This document shows positions 37,761-51,318 of a DNA stretch of 64,000 bases, one piece after another (positions within the stretch are counted from its first letter, which is position 1; each line of letters opens with the position of its first letter). Origin of the DNA: Octopus vulgaris (taxonomy: Eukaryota); the NCBI GenBank assembly GCA_951406725.2, contig OX597832.1:53196001-53260000 (forward strand). Direction: 5' to 3'. Position numbers and translations under genes: made by a program. The notes below the pieces were generated by a model that saw only the letters and a program-made list of their open reading frames with translations, was not told the origin of the DNA and did not search any database.

Positions 37761-38173
37761 TATTTTAATTTTTTTTCTATGATGACAATGATGTGGTTCA
37801 ATATATCGAGAGAAAAATGAACAGGTAGATGAACCTAACACGCAGTGGATAGTATATAAATTAATTCTATGTAAGAAAGTATTTCACACTTTGTTAGGTT
37901 GTAGATGTAATCCTTTTGTTGTCAGACTTGCAAGGTCTCAGTAGTGGTGGTGGTGGGGGGCTATTGTTGCCCCCAAATTGCATTAGAACAAAATCAAATA
38001 TAATTTTGTAAAATAGTAATATTATAAATCAATTTAAAATAGTAAATATCTATTTGATATTATTTTGGTTTAAATGTTAGTGTCTTCACCAATTTGATGT
38101 GACACTCATGAAATGAAAAAGTAGTCTTCAAGTCATGGCAATTTAAACACTAAACTGACTAAAAAAAGATATA

Positions 38174-38379
38174 CAGTAATCCCTTGACTATTGTGGGTGC
38201 TACGTTCCAAAATCCCCCATAGAAATAATTAAAATCTAAAAAAATATAAATACCACCTATCAGCCGCAGAAACCCAGATAAACTGAGGAGCCCGCAATAT
38301 AAATTTACAGATTAGCCAGAAAAATCTGCGGTGCACTGAGTGCGCGGTAGGTGAACCGCGACATGGCCAGGGATTACTG
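38174..38379. mobile_element. Tigger/pogo-type MITE
   Basis: TA-CAGTAATCCCT...AGGGATTACTG-TA. Confidence 0.8.
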
Positions 38380-41300
38380 TAAGTCTATTCTGCAGAAAGC
38401 AGTTTTTGCAACATCTACCATCGTTATTTTTCAAGGGAAATGGGTGTTTGCAAAAGTAATTTTAAGAGTAACACCACAACAGAAGTAAAGTTTTGTTAGT
38501 GCTTATACACAGCTATTACTTAAACTTTTAAAATTAAACAAGATAACATGAGTTAAAGGCTGAAAGAAAGACAGTGCAAAACAAACTTTGGAATAAACAT
38601 TTTAAGATCCCTCCCTTAACTAGTAACATTCTATATCAGTTCTTTTAAGGTTCCCTTCCCTACACTGGTTAAGTATTAGAAAGTAGAAAATGAAAGTGGT
38701 TTGGTCATATAACACAACACCATATAACTTCTACTGAATAGTCATGCATGGACAAACTGATGCAGGAAGACTACAAATGGGGTGGTTGAACAACACCAAA
38801 ACAACAGACAAGGAGGATGGCAAGAAACAGGACTGGGTAAGATGGAGATGCTAGTTGCGTCTCCTGCTGTGCAGCCTAGGCTATCTATTTTGGGTTAGGG
38901 TTAATAATGCATTTGCATAAAAACCCATATTTTAAAGCACTACAAGTGTACATTGGTCAACTTCTATTGCACTTAAGAACCCTTGTGTAGCCGGGAATCT
39001 TTTACAAATGATCAACTAATGCCATCACTGCTACCTTTGTCAGACAAAACTTGTTTAAAATTTTCCCAATTATTATATAACCTAAACAGCTTTCTAAAAT
39101 AAATATGGCTATAAATTTAATCCCTCTTTTTATCTGAGGTGTTCTTAATTTGGAATTATTTGGATATCTATCAGCTGGCATTATAAATCAATGGTTTACA
39201 TGACGAGGGCAAAGAGAATTTCTGCGTATGTAAATTCTCTTAAAAAATGCCAGCATAAAATGGTTAACCAAGAAATAATGAAAGTTCTATAGAGATTAAA
39301 TTGACAAATATTGCACCATCTTTTTATTAAAAGCCAAAAATAACAGCCACTAGTCATCAATTACTCATGAATAAAAGCCCCCTCCATCTTCATAACCATT
39401 GCAACTTAGAAAAAAAAAAAAAAAAGGGTTTTATTTACATCTATTTCCCCTCTATTAGCACTAGCCTAATTTCCCAATATGACAGAATTTCCCATTTTAG
39501 ACCATTTATACTTTTAATTTATAGAATTCTCAAAATTTCGCTTCTTTCTCCTTTGGTAGTTCTTTACCAAGTTAACATATTCTCATTATCTAAATCAATG
39601 CAACCAAGATTTTACATGTAAAGTTCGAGTGTAAAAACCTGACCACCACAACATCAGGTTCTAAAATTCATCCCAGTTCAAACCACTTATGATAATTTGA
39701 CTCATTCACCTGTTCATAAGTATTCTATATCAGTATCAATAATATGTAATAAACTCTGAGGTTGAGCACATATACAGACCAATAATATTGTTGAATACAA
39801 AAGTTAACAACAAAACAAGGTTGAAATTTAAGGTACACTTCATGTACATATGAAAATCATAAAATAATAATAATAATAATGATAAAAAGGTCTATGAAAG
39901 CCATTAAAGTCCACCAAATAAAATAAATGGAAGACCAAAGACAAGCACAAAACAATTCATACATCATTATCAACTCAGAAAACACTTTCACTCTGAAATT
40001 AATTAGATTGAGTGTATCTGACTTATCTAGAAATTGAGAATTTGCCTAGGAGATCTTATAAAGACTTCCAATCCAAGCTCATTTCTATTGATAATTCATA
40101 GTAACTACTGTATTTTCCAGCAGACAGATTTGGAATTTTTGCAGACAAAAATTTACAGCTCCAAAAGAGGAAGGTCAACTTATACAAGAGGACTTTGGAG
40201 AGATAGCGACGATGCTTGAATGTTTACATGATATATATGTCAACTTGTGTGCCAGAAAATATGGTACTTTTGTGTTCTCTCTTGTTTGTTTAGCTGATGT
40301 GTCATTAGTCCCGCAGGAGATAAAAGTGTGGTAGTAGACCTGATTAATTTAGGTAACTTTATTCAGAAAAATCTCCGAAACAGAAGCCAACTTCGACAGG
40401 TTCATTGTATCTGAACTATTTGCATGTAAGAAAACCACATTGCTATGAAGAAACATGAAATATTTGTACTAAAATCCTAATTTACAATATTGACCAAGTT
40501 GATATTCTTTATTGTAAATCACATGTAATTTGTTGAATGCCGCAATAAACTTAGAAGTTTGTATCACTGAAGGTCATTCTTTTTCAACAAACTTCAAACT
40601 TGATTTTAATTAATGATTATATTTACATTAAAATTAGGTTTCACAAGTAGACAGACCTTTGTCTGATAACATATCTGTGCTCTAATTGCTCACACAGTAG
40701 CTGCGACTCAGTATACACACAATCTCTTTTTATACATTGGATCGTTAACCTCCTCTTGACAATGTATATTCACAATATTTACACGTGTACAACATGTGGT
40801 ATCATGGATAGAATGTTATTACACTTAGTTTAGAAATGAAATTCATAGCTAGACACCAGTTAGCGTGTTATATACACATCCAAGAATGACACACCTGATG
40901 ACAAATGAAGATCAAACTAATGAAAACCAATAGTAGATATCAATCAATACAAGGTTAACAGAACAGAAAATTATAATTATTATTAACAAGTCATCTCATA
41001 CATAAGAAATAATCATTAAATCATCAGCCTTTTCTAATTTTTAATCCTGCCTTTCTCAACTGCGAATCCCAGATCTACTTCACCTAGTATTTCCAGCCTA
41101 GTCTCAAATCCATGTTTATCTTCTCTATCATCAACAATTGCAATCTCTTCAGTTAACTATCAAGAAAAATATGTAATCTTCCTACAGTCACTACTAACCT
41201 TCCTTATTTTACCTCTCTCACATTCATATTCAACATACAATATACACTATTTTTCGCTAACAGCTGCTATCCACGACCAGACACCAACTACATCTCATCC

Positions 41301-42686
41301 TGCATATCATCACACATCACATGAGAATACAAGAGTATTATTTCCTATATGTCTTCTACCCGAGGTCTGCATTATCACAAGCTCCTGTTTTCCAACTCAC
41401 TATTTCTACTATAGACACAAGACCCGAAATTTTGGGGGTAGGGGATGCTAGTCAATTACATTGACCCCAGTGCTCAACTGGTACTTTATTTCATCAATCC
41501 CGAAAGGATGAAAGACAAAGTTAACCTGGGTGGAATTTATACTCAGAACACAAAGCCAGAAGAAATGCATTTTGTCTGGTGCAGTAGCAATTTTGAGCAG
41601 CTTACTGCCTTAACTTTCCGTCTAATAACGATGCCATAAAGAATAATTTGAATAACGATGTCCAAGAAAGAAACAAGCCACAATGGTTAATTATCCATAT
41701 TCAGTCCTAACACAACTTCTTAAGTTGTAGTGAAAGTTTCAATTTATCAATTTTGCGGTCTAATTTCTTTTAGATGGCAACTGTTGGCTACAAGTTACAA
41801 ACAGACCAATTACTGTTTCACATGGTAAGAATAGCAAAATAGAGTCTGTAACTTGAAGCACAGCAAATCCTTGCTGTATGTATTCACATTTTTAGCTTTA
41901 TTTTACTTTATTTCTAGGCTGTATGATAGTTTACAAACAACTTTACAGTATATTAATAAGTTATAATCTAAATACTTTGCAGTGTATTTATGTTACATTA
42001 TATTTTCTTAAGTGTATAAATTCCGTAAAGAATATTGAATCTAAGTTATATTCTTTTCTACATTGTGCTTTCAGTAAAAAGTCTGTGGCCATGACATGGT
42101 ACTGCCAAAAAACACAAAAAGTTATTTTTACATCCGTTTTATCAGCAGTAATATTTATTACTGAAAATTATGTAAAAGTTCATAAAGTATTAGAAAGTTC
42201 TTTTTTTCTATTTAACAAATGTGTTTCAAATCTGTTTTGAGCTGAAGGACAGGTAGCCAGCTTATTCTATCAGTTGGTCATATGGAGTTTCAAAAAAAAA
42301 CCCCAAAGAGGTGTTAAAGAATGTATGGAATATTTCATCATTAGAAATTACATTTTTTGTGGCTGCATCAACATTTTATAATATTGTGCACTCAATAAGG
42401 ATGATTTAACATTAAAACTGCTAGAATGAATATTAAGCTGGGGAGAAGGTAGAAAAGTCTGTTTTGGATTTTGTCTTCCTTGAGGGGACAGGGTAAGAAA
42501 GATACATACACTTTTAAAACCAAGATTGCAATTGTTTTAGATGAGATATTTAGTTGCCAGAAAAATTTCTTTTATTATTGGCCACTCAAAAAATATTTTA
42601 CGAATATAATTAATAACTTCTGGCAGGCAATTTTAGAGATGTAGTGCAACAATGTTGTCAGTGATGAGGTTGCAGTTTAGAGTGAC

Positions 42687-43024
42687 TACCCTAAAGTTCA
42701 ACCCCTCCTCAAAGCGGTAGGGTGGTGTAAATGGGCAGTGTCAGAGCTATGCCGTCGGGAACTTTGGTTCTTGGTAGGGCCACCCAAGGCGGATTGGTCA
42801 GGCACTGAGCGGTATTAGAACTGCAGCCTGGCCAATGGGGCTCTGGTGAAAATTCCAAGAGGCGTCTGATCGGCAACCGGCGGCTTCGAGGTCGTTCTGT
42901 CACTCGGGATATGCATGCGGGATGTCGGGGACCGCTTGTGAATTCAATATTCCCACGAAACTTCTCAGATAAGAAGCCGGCTCAACCTGCCCTGGGTGAA
43001 TGCCGTCACAAGTACAAGTAAGTA
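42687..43024 (+). mobile_element. Bipartite RTE-derived non-autonomous retroelement, copy 2
   Basis: Homologous to 34589-34964; 13-bp TSD AGTTTAGAGTGAC / AGTTTAGGGTGAC. Confidence 0.8.
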
Positions 43025-43503
43025 AGTTTAGGGTGACAAAAATTTTGGCATCATATTACAAACAATGAATGTTTATGCAAAGTTAACAGTGTATATTTCT
43101 GAATGACTGACTTATGCCTTCCATGCTGCTATTGTTGTCATTTAAAAGATTTTGGCAATTTCGAAAAAACATGAGTCTCTCTCTTTCTTAAGGACATGTG
43201 TTCAAGACACACGGCTTTGCTTCTTCTTCATGGCATACCATTTATTCCAACAGTAAACTTCACTAAGTGTGATTAGTGTTAAGAACAGAGCTAAACTCTA
43301 GAGAAGGTAATTCTATGGAGGAAGCCATAAAAGTTATACAATAATATTCCCCATTTTTCTGAACCTATGTGTTCTGTGTCAGAGAAATTATTCTCAAAAT
43401 ATACCAATTTCATACATAAGCACAAAGTTTAAGATTTCCAAAGAACGAAATGAGAACATATGATGCATTTTGGTGGTGATAGCTGGGATTCGAAACAGTT
43501 TAC

Positions 43504-43545
43504 CTGAAACTTATGTTGTACGACAATGTGTACATTGTAATTTTT
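43504..43545 (-). CDS. FMR1: Candidate 42-nt cassette exon in the KH2 variable loop (KNYNVHIVVQHKFQ)
   Basis: cattttattttaccag|AAA...CAG|gtaaac; phase 0-0, no stop codon. Confidence 0.4.
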
Positions 43546-44014
43546 CTGGTAAAATAAAATGATGCAATTAATTAATGTGGAGTTCATTTTAAAATATAAA
43601 ACAATATTTTATGAATGCTAAGTAAAATAAAATACTTATTTAAGAATGATATATTTGTATTTTTAACACATCAACCAAAATACATTTATATGATTTACTT
43701 TTAAAAAAAATAACAGCCAAAAAATATAAAACTTGCCATCATAAATTTTTTTTTTTAATCTTTGTACAGTATCTTATGTATGATATTGCAAATAACTTAG
43801 TAATACATTTAAAAAAGGTGGTAGACCCAAGTGGCTCCTAACCCAAATATAAACCCACTATTTCTAGTCATGCTCAATACCCTACAATTTGAATGATAGC
43901 CAATAATTTTTTCAGCCATACACTACAACCTCTGGATCAAATCCCCCGTCCCATCTCATTTTTCTACAACTATAGCAATGATAGCATCAACACCTTTGTA
44001 CTGCTCAAAATTAC

Positions 44015-44290
44015 CTTTAACCCACATTTAACCAATACATGTCATCTCTTATGTTTCACCCCAGCCCATAAATTAAACAGATGGTTGAGTTAAACGGGTC
44101 ACTTTTCCCAATACTTCCTTCACAGACTATTACTGCCCCCACTCCACTCCACCCCTGGAATTCCTTCCCAACCAAATTTTTTCCTGCAGATGATGGCTTA
44201 CAGACATTAAAGTTAGTTGACCAGATATCGATCTCACCAGTCTCAGAAGGCTGGCAAATATCATGGCTACTGTCCCACATCTTCATTAAA
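44015..44290 (-). other. Candidate stop-containing (poison or truncating) cassette exon in the KH2 intron
   Basis: Strong acceptor ttttatttttatattctttgtag and donor AAG|gtaatt; 276 nt; in phase 0 it reads FNEDVGQ-stop (TAG at 44267-44269). Confidence 0.35.
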
Positions 44291-44340
44291 CTACAAAGAA
44301 TATAAAAATAAAAGCTCCCTATAGTATAATAATATATACT

Positions 44341-44615
44341 TAAACCCTTTCATCATTTTTATAACATGAATTGACTGCTTTAATGTTTAAATTAATTTTC
44401 AAAATAAATCAAGAATTGAGTGAAATTTAACAAAATAATTATATAACCTGTTGGTTGTATAACTGGCATGTGGAACATAAAAGTGTTCAGCTACGCATAT
44501 TATTAAATAATAAGATGTGATCTTAATTGAAATATGTACATTTATGAGGGAATTTTAGACAGATTGGTAACAAGGGAGAAGGAGCAGTGTCTGATAGGTT
44601 GGTATCAAAACGGTT
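44341..44615. mobile_element. Degraded piggyBac-type MITE, family 2
   Basis: CCCTTTC left end, GGTATCAAAACGGTTA right end, similarity to the 12290 copy. Confidence 0.55.
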
Positions 44616-44813
44616 AGACACTAATTACTTTAAATGTTGTGTTACTGCATTGAAGTTAATATAAGCTTGAAGAATAAAGAGTCTGCATGGACTATAATAT
44701 GAACATAGTAAATATTGAGGGCAAGATACCAGATTTAACTCACAACAGACTCTTAGAAAGAAGACAAGCAAAAGGAATATTGTTGATAAAATACATGTAT
44801 TAAAGTTTCTGAC

Positions 44814-44879
44814 CTGACTCATATCGTTAGGTGCGGACAGAGGGACGCTAGCAACATCCAGGCTATGCATTCCTAGGAG
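44814..44879 (-). CDS. FMR1: Candidate 66-nt cassette exon in the KH2 variable loop (LLGMHSLDVASVPLSAPNDMSQ)
   Basis: atattttcag|CTC...CAG|gtcaga; phase 0-0, no stop codon, GC-richer than flanks. Confidence 0.65.
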
Positions 44880-44979
44880 CTGAAAATATTGACCGAGTAT
44901 GAGACTGGGATCAAAGATTAGAACAAAAACCCCACCGAAAAACTAAGTCATATGCTCCTTACTGAAGAGAAGATAGAAT

Positions 44980-45215
44980 TATACATACATATATATATTT
45001 AATACACACATCCATACATATATAATACATATTGCACGCATACATATGATACACACATAATTATACACATATATAATACACACACAAATAAATAAATAAT
45101 ACACACAAATATGTAATACACGCAAATATAATACACACATAAATATATAAAACACAAATAAATAAAACACATACATAAGTATAATACACACATACATGCA
45201 CAAATTCATACAGTA
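44980..45215. repeat. Low-complexity CA/TA-rich tract (UG/UA-rich on the FMR1 transcript)
   Basis: Degenerate ATACAC/ATAA repeats just upstream (transcript sense) of the 66-nt candidate exon. Confidence 0.8.
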
Positions 45216-46111
45216 ATATGCAAATATTGCCCTAAAGAAAATAAACGATAAAACATTACATCAATTCTTCGTTAAAAAAAGCTACAACATTAAACAGTTC
45301 TAGTTTTGGGTTTAATTATGGCAAATAAAAATTAAAGTTGAAGTAATTTAAGAGAGGGATGTACGTTAAATTTTTTATGCTGTGACAGCTATACCTTAAC
45401 CAACTAACTCATTAATCATAATTAGGCCTTAATGAAAATTCCTCTCTCCATAAACTGACATAGACAATGGAATAATTGTTAATCTAAGACACGTTCTGAA
45501 AATGCAAAAGAAATAATTACAGAAATCATTTCAAATTAACAAAAGCTAAGTCAATATTTATACGAATTTAATACACATATTAATTGAAAATTGATTACAG
45601 ATGCACTCATTTGTGCATCTGCAACCACAAACTAGTTTTTGCATTTTTGTAAATGTGTAAATGTAAGACCACGATAAAAAAAATTGCACACACACACAAA
45701 CATACATACAATGTGTGTTTAATTACACAAATACAGTTGTATTGATCCTTAAGCTAGATGGGTTCAGCTCTAGATAATATGGAAATGTACTTTGGTTAGA
45801 ATAAGGTCACTTAAGAGAATGTACTCTATCTCCAACCTTCCACTCTAAATTCAGGAATGGGTTTTACCTTAAACTGCCAGCCAAAAAGCATTCCTCATGA
45901 TTGTTATACTGCTAAATGTTCTGTGGTAGGTTGTAGTCTTCCATAACTTTTACAGATGGCTGGGTTAGACATATCAAAGTTCTATCTCGGTGGATTTATA
46001 GACAAAGGAAACTCAATTGACAATCTTTCAACCAGAAAGCCATCACCATCAACTCAACCAACTGTAGGAATCACACACACACACACACACAATGCTCTTG
46101 ATCCCACTAGA

Positions 46112-46591
46112 CAAGTAGTTCCCAACTGAGGTCCATATGACCACTGGGGGAAGGGAATAAGATTTTTGGGGGCACATCATCATCATCATTTAGCGTCCGC
46201 TTTCCATGCTAGCATGGGTTGGACGGTTCAACTGGGGTCTGGGAAGCCAGAAGGCTGCACCAGGCCCAGTCTGATCTGGCAATGTTTCTACGGCTGGATG
46301 CCCTTCCTAACGCATGTGCTAGCAAAATATTAAATTGGGGACCCACACTAGTAATATTAAGGGTCCTTGAAAGAATTTTGCTTAAGATGTATATATTACA
46401 AGGAACGGCTAAATTTCTTTCTCTAACATTTTACATTGCTCAACCTCTACAATGTGTGACCAACAACATAGGATTTTTGAAAGTATCCATGAAACTAGTT
46501 TTTAACCATCAAATAGTTATAGGGGTCCACCAGAGTAAAATAGTAATCAAAGGGATCCATAGGTAAAAAAAAAAATGGTTGAAAACCACTG
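46112..46591. mobile_element. hAT/Charlie-like MITE with nested SINE tail (46177-46312); partial sister copy at about 28360-28620
   Basis: Ends CAAGTAGTTCCCAAC...GTTGAAAACCACTG; internal similarity between the two copies. Confidence 0.6.
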
Positions 46592-49500
46592 CATGAGACA
46601 GTCAGTGCACTCTACAAAGCTATATTCTTCACCATTGTTGGTGTCCTTTGCTGTTATCCACTAGCTCACATTATTACTATTTGAGAGCTATGAATCCAGA
46701 TTCAAGGCATGAAAACAGACTTCTAAAATAAAAACTCTACAAGACAGAAAAACTTTGGCTGGTATGACCTCCAATATACTCCGTAGTCGAGAGCATCCAC
46801 TGTAAAAACTATCAACAACATGGCTAGGAGTTGTTATGTTGAAGTTGTGCACAACAGGAATGGTATCGAGTATAAGTATCCCTAGCCCCTTTCAACTAAT
46901 TTGTCTGCAGTTAGCTATAAATATGAGAACAAAAAAATAGAACTAGGGAAATATGACAAAACTACAATATTCAAGCTATAAAAAAAAAAAACGTAAAGAC
47001 AAAGACTTTTCAGTAAATGCTTCACAACAAAGAACAACTTGGATAATGTTAACCTTTGCATGACCAATCTGTTTGAGACTCTGGCTGGTTCTAAGATACA
47101 AACTTCTTGTTTTAAGAAATCTTAAAACCTTTCATCAAAATCTCATAATTCATGTTCTAAACACTTTCTTAATGACTAAGTTCTAGCCATGAATTTTATT
47201 GCTAAACTAAGGGTAATAACATTCTAACCATGATCCCACATGTTGTACATGTATAAATATTTCTAGGGTTAAAGGAAACAACCTCAAGGGGACAGACAAC
47301 ACAAATATTAGGGAAAAATAACTGGTCATAAGTGGTCTTCATTGCCATGGCACAAAATTGATATTTCTTCCAAGAGTGAAACCATTATTTATGACAACTT
47401 TCAGGAAGCTAGCCAAGTAATGAGTATATATCCCAGCCAGATAGGACAAGTTTCCCTATTTATGCAATACACCATCCAACACAGATTAGGGGCTAGTGAA
47501 AACCCACCAAACTGAAAATCCTGTCCACTTTTCCTTTGTGATATAGGTTGAATGGGCACTGAATGCAACTGAAGGGCCTTTCTTTGATAATCAATTTTGG
47601 TTAATGCCAAGAAAGACAAAAACATCAACAAAAACGGTGACACGAGACATTCCACTGACAATTGGTTTAGTGTCAAAAGGACTTGGAAAGATGAATTACA
47701 TCTTGAAATTAGACAAGAAACCTCGATAAGAAAGAGGGTAGGGTTGGGGTTAAGGGAGCAGGTGATGCATTGAAAGGGACACTGGCACATCTACATTCCC
47801 TATAAAAGGTTGCCGAATAATAATTATAAAATTGAAACCAACAGGGAGAGTGAATTGAGCAAGGGCCATTCACTTTTTAGTTAATTTATGCAGGGAAACA
47901 GGAAACTGCTCTGACAATTTCCTTTGCATTTATAGAGATGGAAGATTCAGATGTCTTTCAGTTCTTGAATTTTTGTTTACATATTCCATCATCAATAGTA
48001 ATTAAACCATATCTTTGTAGATTTCACTTAAAAGGGTAGCAAGTCGTAGCCTTTGGAATATTAAATAGTCTTGATGTAGGGTCTAGGGTGAAGGTAGTTT
48101 TATTAGCGTTCAATTATTGAATCATTCAATAATGGAGTGTAGCATAGTCTAGTTCTCTTTACAACTTTGTTAGTAGGATTCCTAATCTTGGTGATGAATA
48201 AGGTGAATCCAAAAGAGAATGGGCCATAGATCACTCCCTACCAGCAATCAGTCCACCCTCTTTACCTATGTAAATAGCATGAGCTAAGTTTTCATCACTG
48301 AATAAACAGCGTTCAATAACTACAAATCATTGCAATATTTTCCCAATACAGTATCTAGCCATTGATTCTTGTCTTTGAAACCCAACGTCTTCAGATCTGA
48401 CCTCACCACTTCTTCCCAGAAAAAACACTTCCCATTGTCAGCACAACATGACATTTTCACACGACGTGTGTAATAAATATTAAATGTGTCCATGTAAACA
48501 GAACTACCGTTGTATAGCTTGGACAATGCCTCTTAATGCCATGTTATTACATGTGCTTGGTGTTTCATGACAGCTCATGTTGCACATCTAATGAATCTAT
48601 ATTTAGTGAAGTCTAGCTTTCACAAAGCATCTTATGTCTGCCTCCTTTGGTATGGAGAGAAATATTTTGTTTTCAACAAAAGTAACAACTCCTTCTGACA
48701 TTAGTTCCCAAACTTTCATTGCGACCAATTACATTACTTTAAGTCTAGCTTCATCCATCTCTATATTTTGCTTACAGAATACTGTTTTTTTAAAAACTTT
48801 TTTTATAAATCTTCCTACTTAAACAAAACCATTTCTTGAACAGGACTTGCAAGAATTGTAGACCATCTAGATTTGTAATTTCTTCTCTAGCCTGCAGACA
48901 CATCAGACTAGCACCACATAAAAGTTCCAAGATCCATTTAACTTGAACTCTTGTTGTAGAATCCCAGGCAACACTAAAAACGGTGAATGCCTAACTATAC
49001 ATTAAATTCTTCAGAGGCTATTACTAACCATTATACATAAGTTGGATTATTTACTCCTAATATTTTCAACACCCATCAAGAATATAGTGTGCAAATCTAT
49101 CAAAGCCTATTTCAGGGGTGAAGAAAACCCGAGACAAAATTATTGCCGTCATTTCAATAAAGACAGTGTCTGTAGTTCTAATTCTGATAAAAGTTGCATT
49201 ATCTAAACTAACAATATCCTGTAGTATGGAATAAGTTTACCAATTTCATTTTATGCTTTGGTCCACCAGTTTGAGGCTTTGAAGCAATTTAGCATCACCT
49301 GGGAAGTTGCAGAGGAATATGCTTAAAACTGGGATGATTGGAGACATCTTGCTGCCCGGCATACAGGCCAATTGTCTGAGAGGAACTAAGTACTTAAAAC
49401 AGATCCCTCAATGAAGAAAACAACATAGCCTGCAACTTAATACCTAACTTACACAATCTGGTACATATCTACACAGGGCCACGTCATACTGAAGCCGAAT

Positions 49501-49887
49501 AGGATCCAACTCTGGCAAGTGTTAGAAATTAAAAACAAAACTTTTGTGTAAGTTGAAGTATATATTCATTAAATTCAGTTAAACCACTTCCTCTATGATG
49601 TCTAGTGTAATGCATGCTATTTTACATGCTACAGTTACTAACATAGTTTGTACATATTTCTACGACATTTGCAGGTTGTTTTACAGATGGATGCCCTGGT
49701 TTAATAGGAGAGGTACCACTTTGCTATTATGATATGAAGTAGGTTTATATTTATAAACTACAACTCAAATCTCTTAATGGAAATCAAACCATGCGTCTCG
49801 AACACCCTGAGCCAAATTATCTAACCACTACGTTACGGGCATCCTTTCTAGCTCTCTAAGACATTAATAGCAATAACAAGCACTTAC

Positions 49888-49899
49888 CTTTAATACTAA
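49888..49899 (-). CDS. FMR1: Candidate 12-nt microexon in the KH2 variable loop (LVLK)
   Basis: tagtgcag|TTA GTA TTA AAG|gtaagt; perfect donor, phase 0-0; no transcript evidence. Confidence 0.4.
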
Positions 49900-51318
49900 C
49901 TGCACTATTTGATACAACAGATAAAATATATATATATATATATGTGCTTAATTTGAAAAGAAAAGATAACGAGGCAAATGGGGAGTAGTAAGGAAAATCT
50001 TCTAAACAGAAGAGATGCTATTTTTGTTCTCTTGAATTTATTCATAGAAAATATATTTAATACTGTTCACATGGGAAACTTGTGCTAATATATGTATTTA
50101 TAAATTGCACACATATAGAGCAACAAATATACACACTCATACACAGACACAAATATGTAATACACACAAGAATAAAAACATGTTACACACACACACACGT
50201 ACATACACACATATGTGTACGTTAAAATAACTTGAATAAGCTAATGAAAAGTAAAAATAAAAAAAAGGTGTTTTCAAAGATTAAAAAGACTAACATTAGA
50301 AACTGCTAGAATCAATGAAAAGTACTTGACATGGATCAGATACTCTGAACTTTTAAAGAAAAGGAGTAACATGGTTGAAAAGTTACTAATATACATTCAC
50401 CAATTTACCGAGTTCAAAGTATGTTCTAGTACATTTTTAATTTCTCCTAAACAAGTCATTAATTACAGTGGTTATAATGAAATAATTTTTTATATAATGA
50501 TTGTTTTATTATAGTTAATTAAACTAAAACTAAGGTAAATTTCTGGCAGCTGTGAAAAAGCTGCCAGTCTTGAGAGAACACTAGAAATATAAACAGTCTT
50601 ATGAACAACCTTCGATGTGATGGAAATAAACTTAGTACATCACCCAAGTAAGATTAACAACAAAATTCACACAAGACGTAAGGTTTAGTAAATTATTCGG
50701 AGATAAGGCTATAGATTTCACAAATACAACTAAGCTATCAATCACTAAAATATTTAGATAGGTTCAAAATAAATCCCACAGCAAGCAATTGAAATGCAAG
50801 ATTGTTTCTTCCTTTTTTTTTCTTCTTTCACAATGAACAATACACTACAACAGAAATAAAACCACATCAACATACTAGTAGACAGCAGACCAAGCTACGT
50901 ATAATTTAAAGCAATATTTAAATTAAGATCTTATTGAGATGTACTAGAGCTGTTATATTTTCCATCTACATTTCACTAAAGTACACTTATGTTAAGTGAA
51001 GGAAACCAAGGAAAAAAAAAAAAAAGCCATAACCTAAAACGGATTCTGTTCCAAGCTATAAACTACAAATCATTTATCCTAATAAGGCTACTTAGATCTC
51101 CTGTACATCTATACTAATATCTGTAGAGAATTTAATGCTTAATGACTATTTAACGAAATTAAAATTGAGAAATCAGGGCAATTTAACGAAAATACAAACA
51201 AAATGATATACACATCTCTAGCTTAAAACTAAATTGTTACTGAAGAGTATGAATGCTGAAGCCATGCCAAGTAATTTCACTTCAGAGCAGGTACAAATAG
51301 TGAAGAGTTCACACATAC

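Noticed and set aside
39710-39724. 15-nt in-frame AG...GT segment (NTYEQ) in the KH2 intron
   Set aside because: No polypyrimidine tract; expected by chance in a 17.6-kb AT-rich intron
45869-45875. Possible 6-nt microexon (TTTAAG) with an AAG|gtaaaa donor
   Set aside because: Weak donor and too short to distinguish from chance
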